Shown here in pieces: positions 13,480-26,478 of a DNA stretch of 64,000 nt. Below the pieces are notes generated by a model. That model saw only the letters and a program-made list of their open reading frames with translations, searched no databases and was not told the origin of the DNA. Position numbers and translations under genes: made by a program. Each line of letters begins with the position of its first letter. Position 1 is the first letter of the stretch. Source of the stretch: Octopus sinensis (lineage: Eukaryota). The stretch spans positions 151,528,001 to 151,592,000 of the forward strand of contig NC_042998.1 of the NCBI RefSeq assembly GCF_006345805.1, in the 5' to 3' direction.

Positions 13480-15660
13480 TTATAGAAAAACCAATTGGAG
13501 TACCCTGAGGAAGGTAAACTTGGAAATTAAGGATATAATATTTAAACGCCTAAAACCAATTCAAATGAGAACTCAGCCGCTTAGCCCCAAGCAACCCAGA
13601 TTTATAGTGAAGGACCATAAACCTAACTCCACACAACCCAGCGCTAAGACTCATATGCCCTGCTAGATCTGATATCGGGATAATCAGTAAGTACATTTTA
13701 GATAAATATATCCCTAGTTTAGTAACAAGCTGAAGCTCAGCCTCTGGGCCACTCCTCGCAGGTAGTGAAGTGGTTCTCTTCCATCCCCAATAAGAACCGT
13801 ACTAGGTTCATTCAGTTTGATATCGCCAGCTTCTACCCCTCGATTAACCCTAGTGTGCTAAATAAGGCCCTCTGGCATGCTCACAACAAGGCAGGCCTCA
13901 CCAGAGAAGAGATAGATATCATTTTAGTTGCCAGGAATCGTTTATTAAGTTTGATAATAAGCTGTGGATCCGTAAGGATACTCCCAATGAATTTGATGTG
14001 CCTATGGGTAGTTCGGATAGTGCGCAGATAGCCGATTTGGTCGGAATATATATTCTCTACGAATTGTCCGATCAATTCCCGGAGATCGCGGGCGGCCTGT
14101 ATCGTGACGATTGTCTGTTTTACCTGCAAAACACCACGAACAGAATAGTGCAGAAAACTAAGAGCAGGTTAGCTAGGTTTTTTAATAGAATGGGCATGAG
14201 TATAGTTTTTGATAACGAACTCACCAAGGCTAATTTCCTAGACGTTACACTTAACCTTAATAGCGACTCATACTGCCCTTACCATAAGCCTTCCACTAAT
14301 TTGAAGTATGTCAGTGTCTTCTCAAATCATGCCAAAACCGTAACAGACAATTTGGGTTAAAAACATCTCTCTAAGATTGTCTGGCTGTCCGCCAGTGCCG
14401 ATATTTTTATGCAGAAAGCGGATTTTTATAACGCCGCACTATCCAAGGCCGGTTATAGGCAGAAGGTAATTTATATTGATCCGGCCCTTCCGATGCCATC
14501 ATTCGGTCATCAGGATAGGGCCGTATATAATAACATTAACATTTTAAGTAAGGACGGGAGCGCGGCGGATGCCGGGGTAGTCGCTCCCGCATTTAATTTA
14601 GCGAACAAGGATAATTATCGGTCCGGGAGGTCTTACACTAACCCAAGACCCGTTATTCATCCGAGAATCACCCACCCAATGCGAGAGCTGGCGTCCCGAC
14701 CCATCACACTGATAGGAATAAGCATATATGGTTTGTAATCCCCTTTGGTAAGCAGATTAGAACTAACCTCCCCCTCATGTTTAGACAAGCCATCGCCAAT
14801 AACTTCCCCAGAAATTCCAAATATTACTCCACGGTTAACTCACATAAAGTTAGGATAGCTTTCTCCAACACTAAAAACCTCGCCCAGATAATCGCCTCCC
14901 ATAATAATAGGCTACTTACTAAGACCCTATCACCTTTTCCGGAGGCACAGCCTCTTCCGCTCCCGGTTTAATGCTCAGTAGGAATAATTATAGTAGTAAT
15001 AATGATATGAGAGCCAGTACAGTGACACATAATCTCAGCTCCAGCCAGGGAGTACCCACGAGGGGTATAGTTATAAATAGGGGTGTTGTGGTTGATGGTA
15101 ACAATGGGAGTAGGGTAGAGAGCCCCTTTAGCATCCCCAGCATCATTTCCCGCAATAGCAGTACCACGGGCAGTAGCAATGACAGCACTCTGATAGATAG
15201 TGGAGAATCAGGGGTTATTCCTATAGTTAATAGTGACGTAGTGGAAAATAGAGTAGTAAGCGGCTGCAGGTCTCGGAACGAATATAGTGACAGGAACGCA
15301 GTTCTAATTTCAGAAACCAATCCTAGCAGAGTAAGATTCACGTCGGCGAACTCCAAGATCAAAAACGCCGTCTACCAATGCAAGGTTTACACGGACTCAG
15401 ATGCCTTCACTTATATAGGGGCATCATCCTCAAGATTGTCTTTGCGTGTCTCCAACCATTACGCAACTTTTCGGGACGTGAACAAGCGCCAGACCACGGG
15501 ACTCAGTAAGCTAATATGGCGACTGAAGGATGCGAACTTAAGCTATAGGCTGGAATGGTCAATTTTGTCGGTGGCCCTCCCATTTGATAGGGGCAGAAGA
15601 CAGTGCAACCTTGTGTCTCCGAACTCTTCCATATTTTGTTTGCCAGAGGCCGGATGGTAA
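13480..15660 (+). mobile_element. Penelope-like element (RT plus C-terminal GIY-YIG), frameshifted; probably Nematis-like
   Basis: KDHK..RLICPARSDIG, FIQFDIASFYPSI, MPMGSSDSAQIADLVG, GLYRDD, FLDVTLNL, and AVYQCKV...TYIGASS...NHYATF...GLSKLIWRLK...CNL. Clade assignment is inferred from the FYPSI/YRDD motifs. Confidence 0.9.
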
Positions 15661-16337
15661 ACGGGCCCTTACAGTCGGCTTTTCGATGCCCCCATTGGCG
15701 GCGTTACACTTATCTGGCCTTTAAATAGCGTTTATAAATAAGACCGGCACCCATAGCCCTTGGTAACAAATTCTGAAATAGATTTTAAGATATCTACAAT
15801 TAACCACTGCAAGGGAAATTACTCCTGTAAGACAAACGGGGCTTGTTTTTCACAGCGGGGGGTTTCCTTGTCAAGGCAGGCTTGGATGAACACACACACA
15901 CACACAACATAAAAATAATAATATATATATAATTTCTTTATTTTTTTTCTTTCTGCCACACCAACGGTTATCACGGCAGTAGCCACTGACAGCCGAACGA
16001 TCAAACGCACACACGTACACAAAAAATGTTTTCTACCCCTACGCCAACACACACATATATAGAACAGTATACACACACACACGTCTCTAAGTAGATTTTT
16101 TCTCGCCCCTTATAAAACATCCAATATTCTTTAAATAGTCAGAACTTTATTATCGGTCACAAAGAACATCTATACACCCTCACCCACATGTTGACCGATG
16201 CCTGACCCGTTGAATTCTTCAGCCACCGGTTCTCAACATACACTGATAAACAGTTTCGCCATGGGCTCTTAGGAGCACAGTTCGATTTGTTTTTGCTCTG
16301 CCTCTGTTCTGTTTTTGTTTTTCCAACGGATTTCCTT

Positions 16338-16427
16338 TTTTCTTCCTGAAGAGAAAGACACAATATGGTCCCATTATTCAATCGGATTTTGGTAATTTGT
16401 GCCTTTCGAAACACGTGTAGAATGAAA
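16338..16427 (+). ncRNA. Type I hammerhead ribozyme with canonical core and extended stem II
   Basis: Core CTGAAGA 16346-16352; stem II GAAAG/CTTTC plus CACAA/TTGTG; GAAAC; palindromic stem III ACACGTGT; GUA cleavage after 16419; stem I TTC/GAA extendable. Confidence 0.8.
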
Positions 16428-16480
16428 TAAAACGATTTCTGTTCAATCTGCGTTCAGCTCCATTTCTTCAATTCACCAAT

Positions 16481-16519
<39 letters not shown>

Positions 16520-16601
16520 CATATATATATATATTATATATAAATACATATACATATATATATATATATATGTATATATATATGCGCACACACACACACA
16601 C

Positions 16602-16666
<65 letters not shown>

Positions 16667-17767
16667 GATATATACACTACACAACTCACTCGTGTTAACA
16701 CTCTCACACTTGCCTGAAAAAAAACACAGTCTACTGATATACACTCACATCATATACATACACAAGTATTACGTACGAGTACTCAGCTTCACGAATAACC
16801 GAACACATACAGCGAGAGAAAGGGGGGGAGGGAGGGGAGAGGGAGAGAGAAAGAGAGAGAATGAAACCTACATATGTACATATACTCGGCCAAAATATAC
16901 ACATTAAAAAAAATCCATATACATCCCTGATAATAAACAAAAGTACACTCGCATTTTCCAACATATACACATATAACATACATGCATGTGTATATATATA
17001 TATTTTAACACACAAACACACACACATACATACACAGGTATGTACTGACGTACATACATACATTCATACATATACACTGACAGGCAGATAGACCTACATA
17101 CATACACATACGTCTTACAACCACACGCACGCACAAACGTATACAAACACACACACACACACACACACACAATCGCAACGGGTTCTTCGACTTACCAAAA
17201 ACGTATACTTTAAAAGATTTGTGAACACTCAAACATACGTGGACGAACTAAAGTACATACAAACCTACATTATATACATACTCACACTCATACACACACA
17301 ATATACGCAACATACACATACATCACGAAGCACTCACAACACCAGCAGTACACATACAAATACATATTCAACATCAGTAAGAAACACACACCCTTACACA
17401 CAACCACAGACACAAAATACACACACACACACACATATACGCACACAGATACAGACACACAAAAGCACATACTCACATACTCACACTGCAGAAAGAAAAT
17501 ATACAAGACCGACACATGGCATTTTTCACTCGAAGCAAATGTCCTTTCTTTCTTTCTTTCTTTCCTTCCTTCCTTTCTTTCTTTCTTTTTCTTTCCTTTT
17601 TTATTGTCTTTCTTTCCTCCTTTCAATTCTTCGACTTCTCTTTCATTCTTCTCTGTTTCATTCATTTTCTCTTTCTCGCTCTCCTCTTTATTCCTTCAAT
17701 CCATTCCTTTCCTTTTCCTTGCATATTTCTCCCCTTTTATTCACTATTACCCTCCATCGGTGTGTGT

Positions 17768-17838
<71 letters not shown>

Positions 17839-18037
17839 ATGGTATATTCTGTTAAGAACATAGGAGATACAGTATAAACCACGTCCACCTTCAGATTTCA
17901 CCCTTTACTACCCAGTTGCAGTATTATACCTACTTCCAGGTTTGCGTTTGGGCTTCTGTCGTGTTTTCAATATGCGACCGCGTGTGTATCGTTGGAGATT
18001 TTCTTTCTTCGTCTTCCCTTCTTTGGACGTTTTCTAT

Positions 18038-18070
18038 GTTTCTGATGAAGAGCTCCGCTCGAAACGTGAA
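18038..18070 (+). ncRNA. Minimal hammerhead motif in a short PLE-type repeat (H17=G)
   Basis: TTT-CTGATGA-A-GAGC-tcc-GCTC-GAAACGT-G-AAA. Homologous to the minus-strand copies at 37360 and 53539. Confidence 0.65.
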
Positions 18071-18275
18071 ATCCTCTTTCTTTTCTTTCCTTTCCTGAGC
18101 GTCCAATAACACTGTACTTATTCCACGTCCTCGCGTTGTTTTTTCTTGCTTGTTCATGTTTGAATTGACTATATATATATATATATATATATATGAATGA
18201 ATGAATGATTGAATGTGTGTATGTATGTATGCTTGTGTGTGTATACGTATGTATATGTGTGTGTGTCTAAATATA

Positions 18276-19325
18276 CCGGGTGCGTCAGTTGTTTTTTCTT
18301 TTATATTTTTAAAAGACACCACTTTCAAGAGCTCTAACGTGTTTTCCCCCTTACTTTTCAGGTAAATAATGTTAGTCAAATGAAAAGGAATGCTGTAATC
18401 GTTGCCTTAAAAGCGCAGCAAAGTGAAACAGAGATAGTTCATTTCCTGAAAGTTGCCCGATACTTCGTTGTCAAAGTTCGAAAGGGGATGGAATCTGTTG
18501 ACGGGTATCCGACATCATCAGGTAAACGCAAAAGGGTCCTAATACCATGAGAACTTTGTATAAAATGTTCAAGAAATAATAGATAAAAAACCGCGTGAAG
18601 TCAACCAGAGCTATTACAAAGGCATCCAGGTTTTAGAATGCAGCATCAGAAAAGTTATGTATGAGGACATCCAGTATAAGTCGTATGTGAAATGGAGTAG
18701 TCAGTTTATGTCGGAGGTGACAAGCAAAAATAGTTCGATCTATGCAGAGCGCTTGGGAAAGAGGCTAGAATATTTTGTTTTTTCTCCGATGTGAAACTTC
18801 GATCAGGACCAGGAAGGTAAACCGAATGAACGATAAATGATAATGCAGTGATCCGATTGAGATTCGAATGGTCATGCATACTAAGTTCCCAACAACTGTA
18901 ATGGTTCTGGGAATTATCAGAAACGAGGGAGATGTCATGTCTCCTCATTCGTTTTCACAGAGTTTAAGAGCCAATGCCGCTGTCTATACAACTGGAGAAA
19001 GTTGTGAAGCCCTGTATTGACAGAGTACATAACAGAAGGCCGTAGTCTTCCAACAAGACTCTGTACCGTCTCATAAGGCTAAGACAACCCAAGTGTGGAT
19101 GCGTGCTAATCTCCATAATCATGTTCTCCCAGACACATGGCCTCCTGACTCATCAGACCTCAATCCACTAATCGAGAGGAAGGTCAATCAACACTCCCAT
19201 AACATCATACAATCTTTCAAGTACGCCATAACTAGCATAATGCTAAAATTTGCTAAAAATCATCTGATTCGGACATGTCAAAGATTCCAACCTCGTATTG
19301 AAGCAACCATTGGTGCTAACGGGAC
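18276..19325 (+). mobile_element. Decayed DD37D (maT/Bmmar1-like) Tc1/mariner element, 3' TIR missing
   Basis: TA + CCGGGTG start; MKRNAVIVALKAQQSETEIVHFLKVAR at 18380; FFSD..FDQDQ; QQDSVPSHKA...WPPDSSDLNPL gives 37 residues after the 2nd D (3rd D deleted). Confidence 0.85.
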
Positions 19326-19339
19326 ACAGCTGCACAGTG

Positions 19340-19960
19340 TTCTTAGTTCCTTATTTTGCCATGTCGAATCAGGTGGGAATACAGACCTATCCTAGATGTG
19401 CAGATCCTGCTGCAGACTTTGTATTAACAGTCGTCGTCATCTGGGGTAGATTGGACCTGGCTCTATGCCTGGCTCTTATCTTCTTCAGGGTATTTTCCCT
19501 TGCTGCCTGAAGTTCGGATTTGTCTTGGTAGTACGAGCTCTATTCGGTGCTACTAATACCTGTCTTCAGATTTAATTTGCAAATTTTCAAGCAGGCCTTT
19601 AGATGTTGTAACGGAACAGTGGGAGGTCTTGGTGCCTGGCATCAGAGTTAAACCGTCCATATAAGAAGTAAGCATGCGTACCACATGACCAACTCACCTC
19701 CGTGGTTCTCTGATAAGGACTTTAGTTCTAGATCTGAAGCGATTTGAATTGAAAATATTGGCATCAATCTTAAATTAAGAATATTCAGTCATTCGACATC
19801 TCTGAATGCCACTTGCAGCATGAATGAGAAATAGATTGCAAACAAAACAGAGGGCATTACACAACCCTGCTTGTTTCTATTCTTTATAGGAAATGTATCA
19901 GAAGCTAAACTACGTTCCATCATATCATTGTGGAATGATCGACAGAGTTAAAGAACCGTC
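19340..19960 (-). mobile_element. RTE (BovB-like) LINE fragments: RT and C-terminal Cys/His motif
   Basis: Minus strand KQGCVMPSVLFAIYFSFMLQVAFRD near 19870-19790, NRFRSRTKVLIRE, and CSRICTSRIGLYSH near 19420-19370. Confidence 0.75.
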
Positions 19961-20125
19961 ACTTTAATGTTGCTTTTCGGTTCTAAATTCTGAATAATTT
20001 ATAATTCTCTTAATAATTTGTAATTCTTACTTCACCTTTTTCGAAATCAGTCAATGTTTCCTATGGTGTTCTCTATAAGACTGACAGGGTGAGTTAGGTT
20101 ATTTAAGCCCCGGAAACAGAGTAAT

Positions 20126-20175
20126 GGGTCGCTGATGAAGATTGATTAAATCTGAAATCAGCACTGATATGACTC
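20126..20175 (+). ncRNA. Intact monomeric type I hammerhead ribozyme
   Basis: Stem I GGGTCG/TGACTC, core CTGATGA (20132-20138), stem II AGATT/AATCT, GAAA, stem III ATCA/TGAT with loop GCAC, AUA cleavage after 20169. Confidence 0.85.
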
Positions 20176-21130
20176 CATCTCGCTTGTCGTAGAGAGGGAG
20201 TCTGACTCCCTTGACAGTCGTTAGAAAAGTGCTCTCACGTGGCTGAGAGATGTTTTGACACTTATTTCTAGCAATGCTTGTGCTGACTATCACCCACCCC
20301 CGTCACTCTGGTGACGATTATACTTGTTGCCTCTGGGTTCTAAATTGCGTGACTTGTAGGGACACAGTATTTCGTTATGCAACCATAATATACTACAAAG
20401 TATATCAAACGTTTTTAAAAGTCAATACCGTGTAGTATTGTGTTAACAGTGCTCTTTACATCACTTGTGAGCATTAGCTCCTCAGATTTTTCTATAGAAA
20501 TTATAGCCAGCATCAATTTTGTTACGACGTTTCGTATCCGAGACGCCGATGTAAACAAATAATGAGATTGAAGATGAAAATGGGTAATGGACATATATGC
20601 CATACTCCTTCATCATCCCCCATCTAACCCATTAATCGTCCACGAGCTCAAGGCCTCGGTCTGATAACTGAAGTCATTAACAGAATACATTAATTCAATT
20701 CTCTGCGGTAGTCACTAATCTTACTAGAATTAGCAACCATTTCTCTCTGAAAATACTGTCATCCGAGGTATTTTGTTTGATTTAAAAGTAAAAGAGATGG
20801 CCACGGATGGCTGAACTTTGACCAGTGTTGCTCGACTAGTGTGCACCAACACTAAACTAAAAAAGCAACAAATAAATAATCTTAAATAATTTAAACCACA
20901 TCTTCTCATTTTGATTAGACTAATGCTACTCTGTTTATTTCTACTGTTTTTTGATAATAAGAGTTATTACATATTCATCAATTATAAGCGTTGTTTCATA
21001 TAATTACTGGAATTGTCGGTGTAGAAGGCGAAGTGGAAATGAGACAATTCTTAAAGAACCGTCTGAAAAATCTACATTTTATGGTAGACTCGTAAATTTT
21101 ACAATTATCCATTAAAAGCATTTTTACAAA

Positions 21131-21136
21131 TTGAAT

Positions 21137-21182
<46 letters not shown>

Positions 21183-21350
21183 CCATTATCCCCATATCCT
21201 CCTCCTTTTCCTCTTCTATTTTCTGTTTCCCTTCTTCTTCTTCTTCTTCTTCTTCTTCTTCTTCTTCTTCTTCTTCTTCTTCTTCTTCTTCTTCTTCTTC
21301 TTCTTCTTCTTCTTCTTCTTCTTCTTCTTCTTCTTCTTCTTCTTCTTCTT
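21131..21350. repeat. (ATC)n followed by long (TTC)n microsatellite
   Basis: Read directly; source of the poly-I, poly-S and poly-E ORFs. Confidence 0.95.
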
Positions 21351-22727
21351 CTCCTTCTTTGCTGTCGTCAAGGAGCGACATCAAAGGCAATTCTTCCTGC
21401 AGTGATTCTAAGAAACGGTGGCTGCCTTTTCCCAGGCCGAGAGTGTTGAACTCGGAACTGCAAATTTGTCAATTATTCATTGCTGCCGTTCCTTAGAGAT
21501 ATGCTGTGTTTCTACCACATGACAACTATTTACAGCTAGATGGACTTAGACATTTGGGAATTAGACACACGCAGTGCAGATACGAACACTGACCTCTCGG
21601 TTGATTGTCGACAACCTTAACCACTCGATCACATTACTGTTACTGTTATATAATATAGATTTACAAACTACAACGAATATTTTCTTTCTTATCAATCCAG
21701 AATGATGTCATTCCGTACAAAACGATCGGTAAAATTATTTCAGATGTTTAAACACCAGTTTTTAGTCGCGTGTATTGTAATCCATTATAATCACACAGGG
21801 AAATTTCACGTTGAAAAACTCGCACTGATTCATTGGTTCACACACTACATTACTATTTGATTGAGACTTCACTTAACAATAGTTCATCCAGTACGTTAGT
21901 GTATGAGTTAGGATTTCAAATAATGGAGGTTGGGACTTTCTTTTCGTCGCTTTAAATATCGTCTTAAGTACTAAAACAACTAATATTTTCTTCATTTCAG
22001 GGACGACGTGAACTATAAACAGAGAAGTCACTTCAGCAGCTGATAAAATCAAGGTATAGTTTATTATTGTTGCACTGAACTATTCAACGGGTGCAAGAAT
22101 TGTCAAAGTTTCTGTTCAGAATGAAAGGTGACACCTGGCGGCACAGTGCAATTCCAAAATGAAAAGGCAATAATAGATAACTGGTATTATTGACAGAATT
22201 GGTAAAACTATTCAGTTTTATATTCCCAGTTCAAATCCTTCCAGATATCCATTATAAAGAAACCAGATTTGCGATTGGGCCTGTAAAATCAAGCAGACCT
22301 CTATAACCTGTTAGTCACCATTAGACACCATTTGACACCATTAGACACCACTTATACTTCTGAGAACAGTGGCGTGAGAGAAACAGTAGAGCGACAGACT
22401 AAAATATCTATCTGCTATTCACTATACCTTCTCTCTCTATATGGGGAGGTGGTGGTTGTGGTGGTGGTGAGGGCGATAAAATAAATACGGAAATGATTGA
22501 ACCATTGCTGGTAATTCTGAAAAGGATAATTTAGCAGAAATGGATGATGTTACAGAGGTGGGTTCAAATACCATCGAAATGAAGAATATCGATTGGTATC
22601 GATTCATTTGAATAAAAGCTCTAATAGATAAATTCCTAACTTTGTCCCTGTATAAGTATTATTTGTTGAATGAGCAGAAGCATAAATACGGCAAATATAA
22701 TAGAAAACAAGAATGTATATGGTATAC

Positions 22728-22785
<58 letters not shown>

Positions 22786-24071
22786 TTATATAAGTGTGTG
22801 TGTGTATACGTATATTGGTTATATGTATATAACAGATTTAATAGAGAATAAGAAGGCAAAATCCATTTCATTTTTTTTGTTTCGTAGTTTTCTTTTTCTC
22901 TTTGAAAGTTCAGTCTCAGAAAATACTTCATCATTAATCCTTCGTTAATCCTTTGCTAGTCTTTTGTTAATCTCTGGCTATAAGACCTACATTGAAACAC
23001 TGCTTCAAACCCGTCCCTTTCTTATGAAATTAACTGACTCACCTCGTTATCTCTTATGGTTTCTAACCTGTTCAAACCTAGCGTAAAGGTTGAAACCAAT
23101 CCTTTCCCCTCATTGCAACCATATGCTATCCCACCATTGCCAGAGATGTTCCTTCAGTCATCGATCCACAGAGCTTAAAACTGAACATTAACCTCATCGA
23201 TTTTACCAATTTATAAGGCCTACAGATTGATCGAACTAAAATACATGGCCTTCCTATAAAATCAGAAATATGGAAAGATCGATCTTCAACTGTAAAACAA
23301 GCTTCCAATAATCATAATTATTGGAATCCTTAATATCAGTCATAAACCCTCTCCAACAACTAATTCATAGATGCATAGTTTCATCTTCCTGGCTCTATCA
23401 CCACTTCAATGTTACCTAAACTAGCTATCCGTATAACACCCATTATTGAAAAACATAAAAAAATATAATAATTCATCACACGCACTGAGAACAGCGAGGA
23501 TCTAAACAATGACGTATCTATTTACATTCTTAATATGTTTCTGCAGATTCGAGTGTGAATATGTTTAATCACTGTTGCATTTCGTTTTCGGAGAACAACT
23601 TTCTAGAATGCTCAAGAATTCTATGAACAAGGGCCACAATATTTGTTTCGGCTTATAAATCTGGAGACAGCTTTGGTTGAAGAGACAGAACCAGGTCGAA
23701 ACAGAGTCCAATTATAACAGTGAGTCGAATGTGCTATGAATACACATTCTATGAAGACGAAATCCAACAGCGATTAGCATTTAGCGTAGTTATGTTCGAA
23801 TCTACTAGAACGAATTCAGAATGAATATGTATATCATTGTTATTGAAAACAATGGGGGTGGGGTATCGATTCAACTCCTAATTTTCCTAATTTTTACTCT
23901 CTTGATTCCATTTAAAATTTTAATCTAAATTTTACTTAACTCTTTTCTCAAATAGGAATGATAGTTGTAATTAGAGAAAGAATAAAAACCTTTCCCGTGT
24001 CTTATAATTTCACAGAATTGGTTTTTCGGTTTCTGTGGAGTAGGAATACTACGCGCACGTGCACACACACA

Positions 24072-24148
<77 letters not shown>

Positions 24149-24152
<4 letters not shown>

Positions 24153-24584
24153 TATTCATTAGTTTTATTTTTATAGCGTGATTTTACTTCACTACCGAGT
24201 GCAGCTCTGTGTGCCTTGGGTATGTGCTGTCATTTGTTGTGATGCTCTGATAGTTATTGTATGGAAAGTGTTCTGCGTAGGATGTGTGCAGTGCCTAGTA
24301 GTGCGATTTTCTGTATGTTACATGTGTTTGCAAGTCCTGGTGTTTTTGTTATGTATTTGTCTGAATATTTTTTTATCATGCCTAATGCACCTACTATGAT
24401 AGGAATTGTTTCTGTTTTTAGATTCCACATTCTGGTTACCTCTATTTCCAGGTCTTTGTATTTTGAAAGTTTTTCCATTTCTTTTAGAGACACGTTGTCA
24501 TCTGCCGGTATTGATACATCAATTAGAAAGCATTTTTTTTCTTCATAATCTCTGACAACTATATCTGGTCTGTTGGCCTTCGGC
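24149..24584 (-). mobile_element. 5'-truncated R4/Dong LINE (REL endonuclease C-terminus plus 3' UTR) inside a (TAA)n array
   Basis: KANRPDIVV...KLSKYKDLEIEVTRMWNLKTETIPIIVGALG...GTAHILRRTLSIQ*; (TTA)n lies on both flanks (24073-24148 and from 24585). Confidence 0.9.
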
Positions 24585-24598
24585 TATTATTATTATTA

Positions 24599-24657
<59 letters not shown>

Positions 24658-24713
24658 CATCATCATCATCCTCATCCTCATCCTCATTATCATCATCATC
24701 ATCATCATCATCA

Positions 24714-24796
<83 letters not shown>

Positions 24797-24821
24797 GACG
24801 ACGACGACGACGACGACGACG

Positions 24822-24853
<32 letters not shown>

Positions 24854-24866
24854 AATAATAATAATA
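24585..24866. repeat. Compound trinucleotide microsatellite (TTA/TCA/GAC/AAC/AAT)
   Basis: Read directly. Confidence 0.95.
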
Positions 24867-24869
24867 AAA

Positions 24870-25085
24870 AAATCCTTTCCGAACCATAAAGTGATAGGAT
24901 CAGTTTTCTTGGCGTATATATTCCCCATGTGGACGGGACGCCGGTGCGTCGCAAGATTTTTCTTTTTTGCCAGCTGAGTGGACTGGAGCAACATGAAATG
25001 AAGTGTTTTACTCAAGAACACCATGGTCAAGGAATTGAACCACAATCTTCCGATCATGAGACCACCACCATAGTCAATTGGCCCC
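24870..25085 (-). mobile_element. tRNA-SINE remnant (family of 36630-36895)
   Basis: Contains CAGCTGAGTGGACTGGAGCAACATGAAATGAAGTGT..CTCAAGAACAC, also seen at 43255-43345 and 56835-56935. Confidence 0.65.
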
Positions 25086-26429
25086 AAATCAACCCTAGTC
25101 AATCAAACTTATAATCAAAGACATTCCAGTTGTAACCATCCGTTCTGTCTTCAGATATAAATTATATAAAATTACATATTTGAAGTATGCTTCTTTTATT
25201 TCAGATTATATTTGCAAGACTTGTCAGATACGACCACAGGGCTGCCTTTCCGTTGCTCTACTGAAAACGATAATAATTAGATACGAAAACATAACGAGAA
25301 TGAGAATTTAGAGCTCAGACTAAGAGGGCAAAACTTGTAGCGATTTACGAACATGTGAACAAAACAAAAACCTCAATACCATTCCGGTTTTCTTTAATCT
25401 ACTTTGGTTACTAAAGTGTAAACAGAACAGATATCGATATATGCTTCTCCTTCATGTGCGCACGCACGCACATACACACATATACACACGCATTATTACA
25501 ATAAATGACGACACATATTAACACTATTGTTCTTCGTATTGTGGATCTATATCAACAAATGAAACTAACCGCCAGTCATATAGACCAGCTGTTCAATTAA
25601 TATATTTATTACAATAAGTTTTATCTAATAATTCCTCATCAGTGAAATCTCATCCCATCTGTCACTGTTTACTGATACACACATTCTCTATCCCAAACAC
25701 TCTGAAGATGGCTAGTGGTATGCCCAACAGCTCACTTCTTTTACTTTCGGATATCCATTGATTTCGTATATTAATCAGGCAAACCGTTAGGGCGGACAAC
25801 AGGAACAGTTTGACTTTAAATTAACCAAAAACATGGCGGTCATGTGTACAATCAACTCTTAACAACGTATAGCTGTACTGTGTGTGTGTTTGTCTCTGTA
25901 TAGGTGTATGCGTATGAATGTGTGAGTTCGTGTGTGTGTGACTGTGTATGTATAGATGAGTTGGTACTCGGGTGCATATATATGTTACTATTTTTATAGA
26001 CGTGTTAATGTGTGGATATATGTATCTGTGTTTGTATATAGATGGATGTGAAGGTGTGCGAGGGTATGAATGTCTGTATATATGTATATGTGTGTCTGGA
26101 TGTGTGTACATATGTTTTTGTTCATGAGCATAAGTGTAAAGATATATTAGTGCACGGCTGTACATAAACTTGTGTGTATATATATGTGTTTCTATGTTTG
26201 TATATGCAGGTGTGAGAGTATATGTTTATGTAAGTGTTGGAATGTATGTATATGTAATTGAGTGTATACTATGTCTGCGTACTTCTATGCGTAAGTGTGT
26301 CTCTCTCTGTGTTTTTATGCATGTGTAGATTTCTGTGTGCTACTGTATGCGTGTATATGTGTGTCATTGTGTATATATGTATGTTTCTCTGTTTATGTAT
26401 ACACTTACATATGTACATACGTACATACG

Positions 26430-26478
<49 letters not shown>

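Noticed and set aside
16200-16265. Possible type II hammerhead on the minus strand
   Set aside because: H17 is G and stem I and stem II do not form.
18340-18368. TTTTCAG|GTAAAT as a recursive splice site
   Set aside because: It lies in the maT 5' leader and is better explained as part of the transposon.
25700-25735. CTGAAGA-TGGC...GCC-CAACAGCT hammerhead fossil
   Set aside because: GAAA is destroyed and no stem I is visible; too degraded to call.
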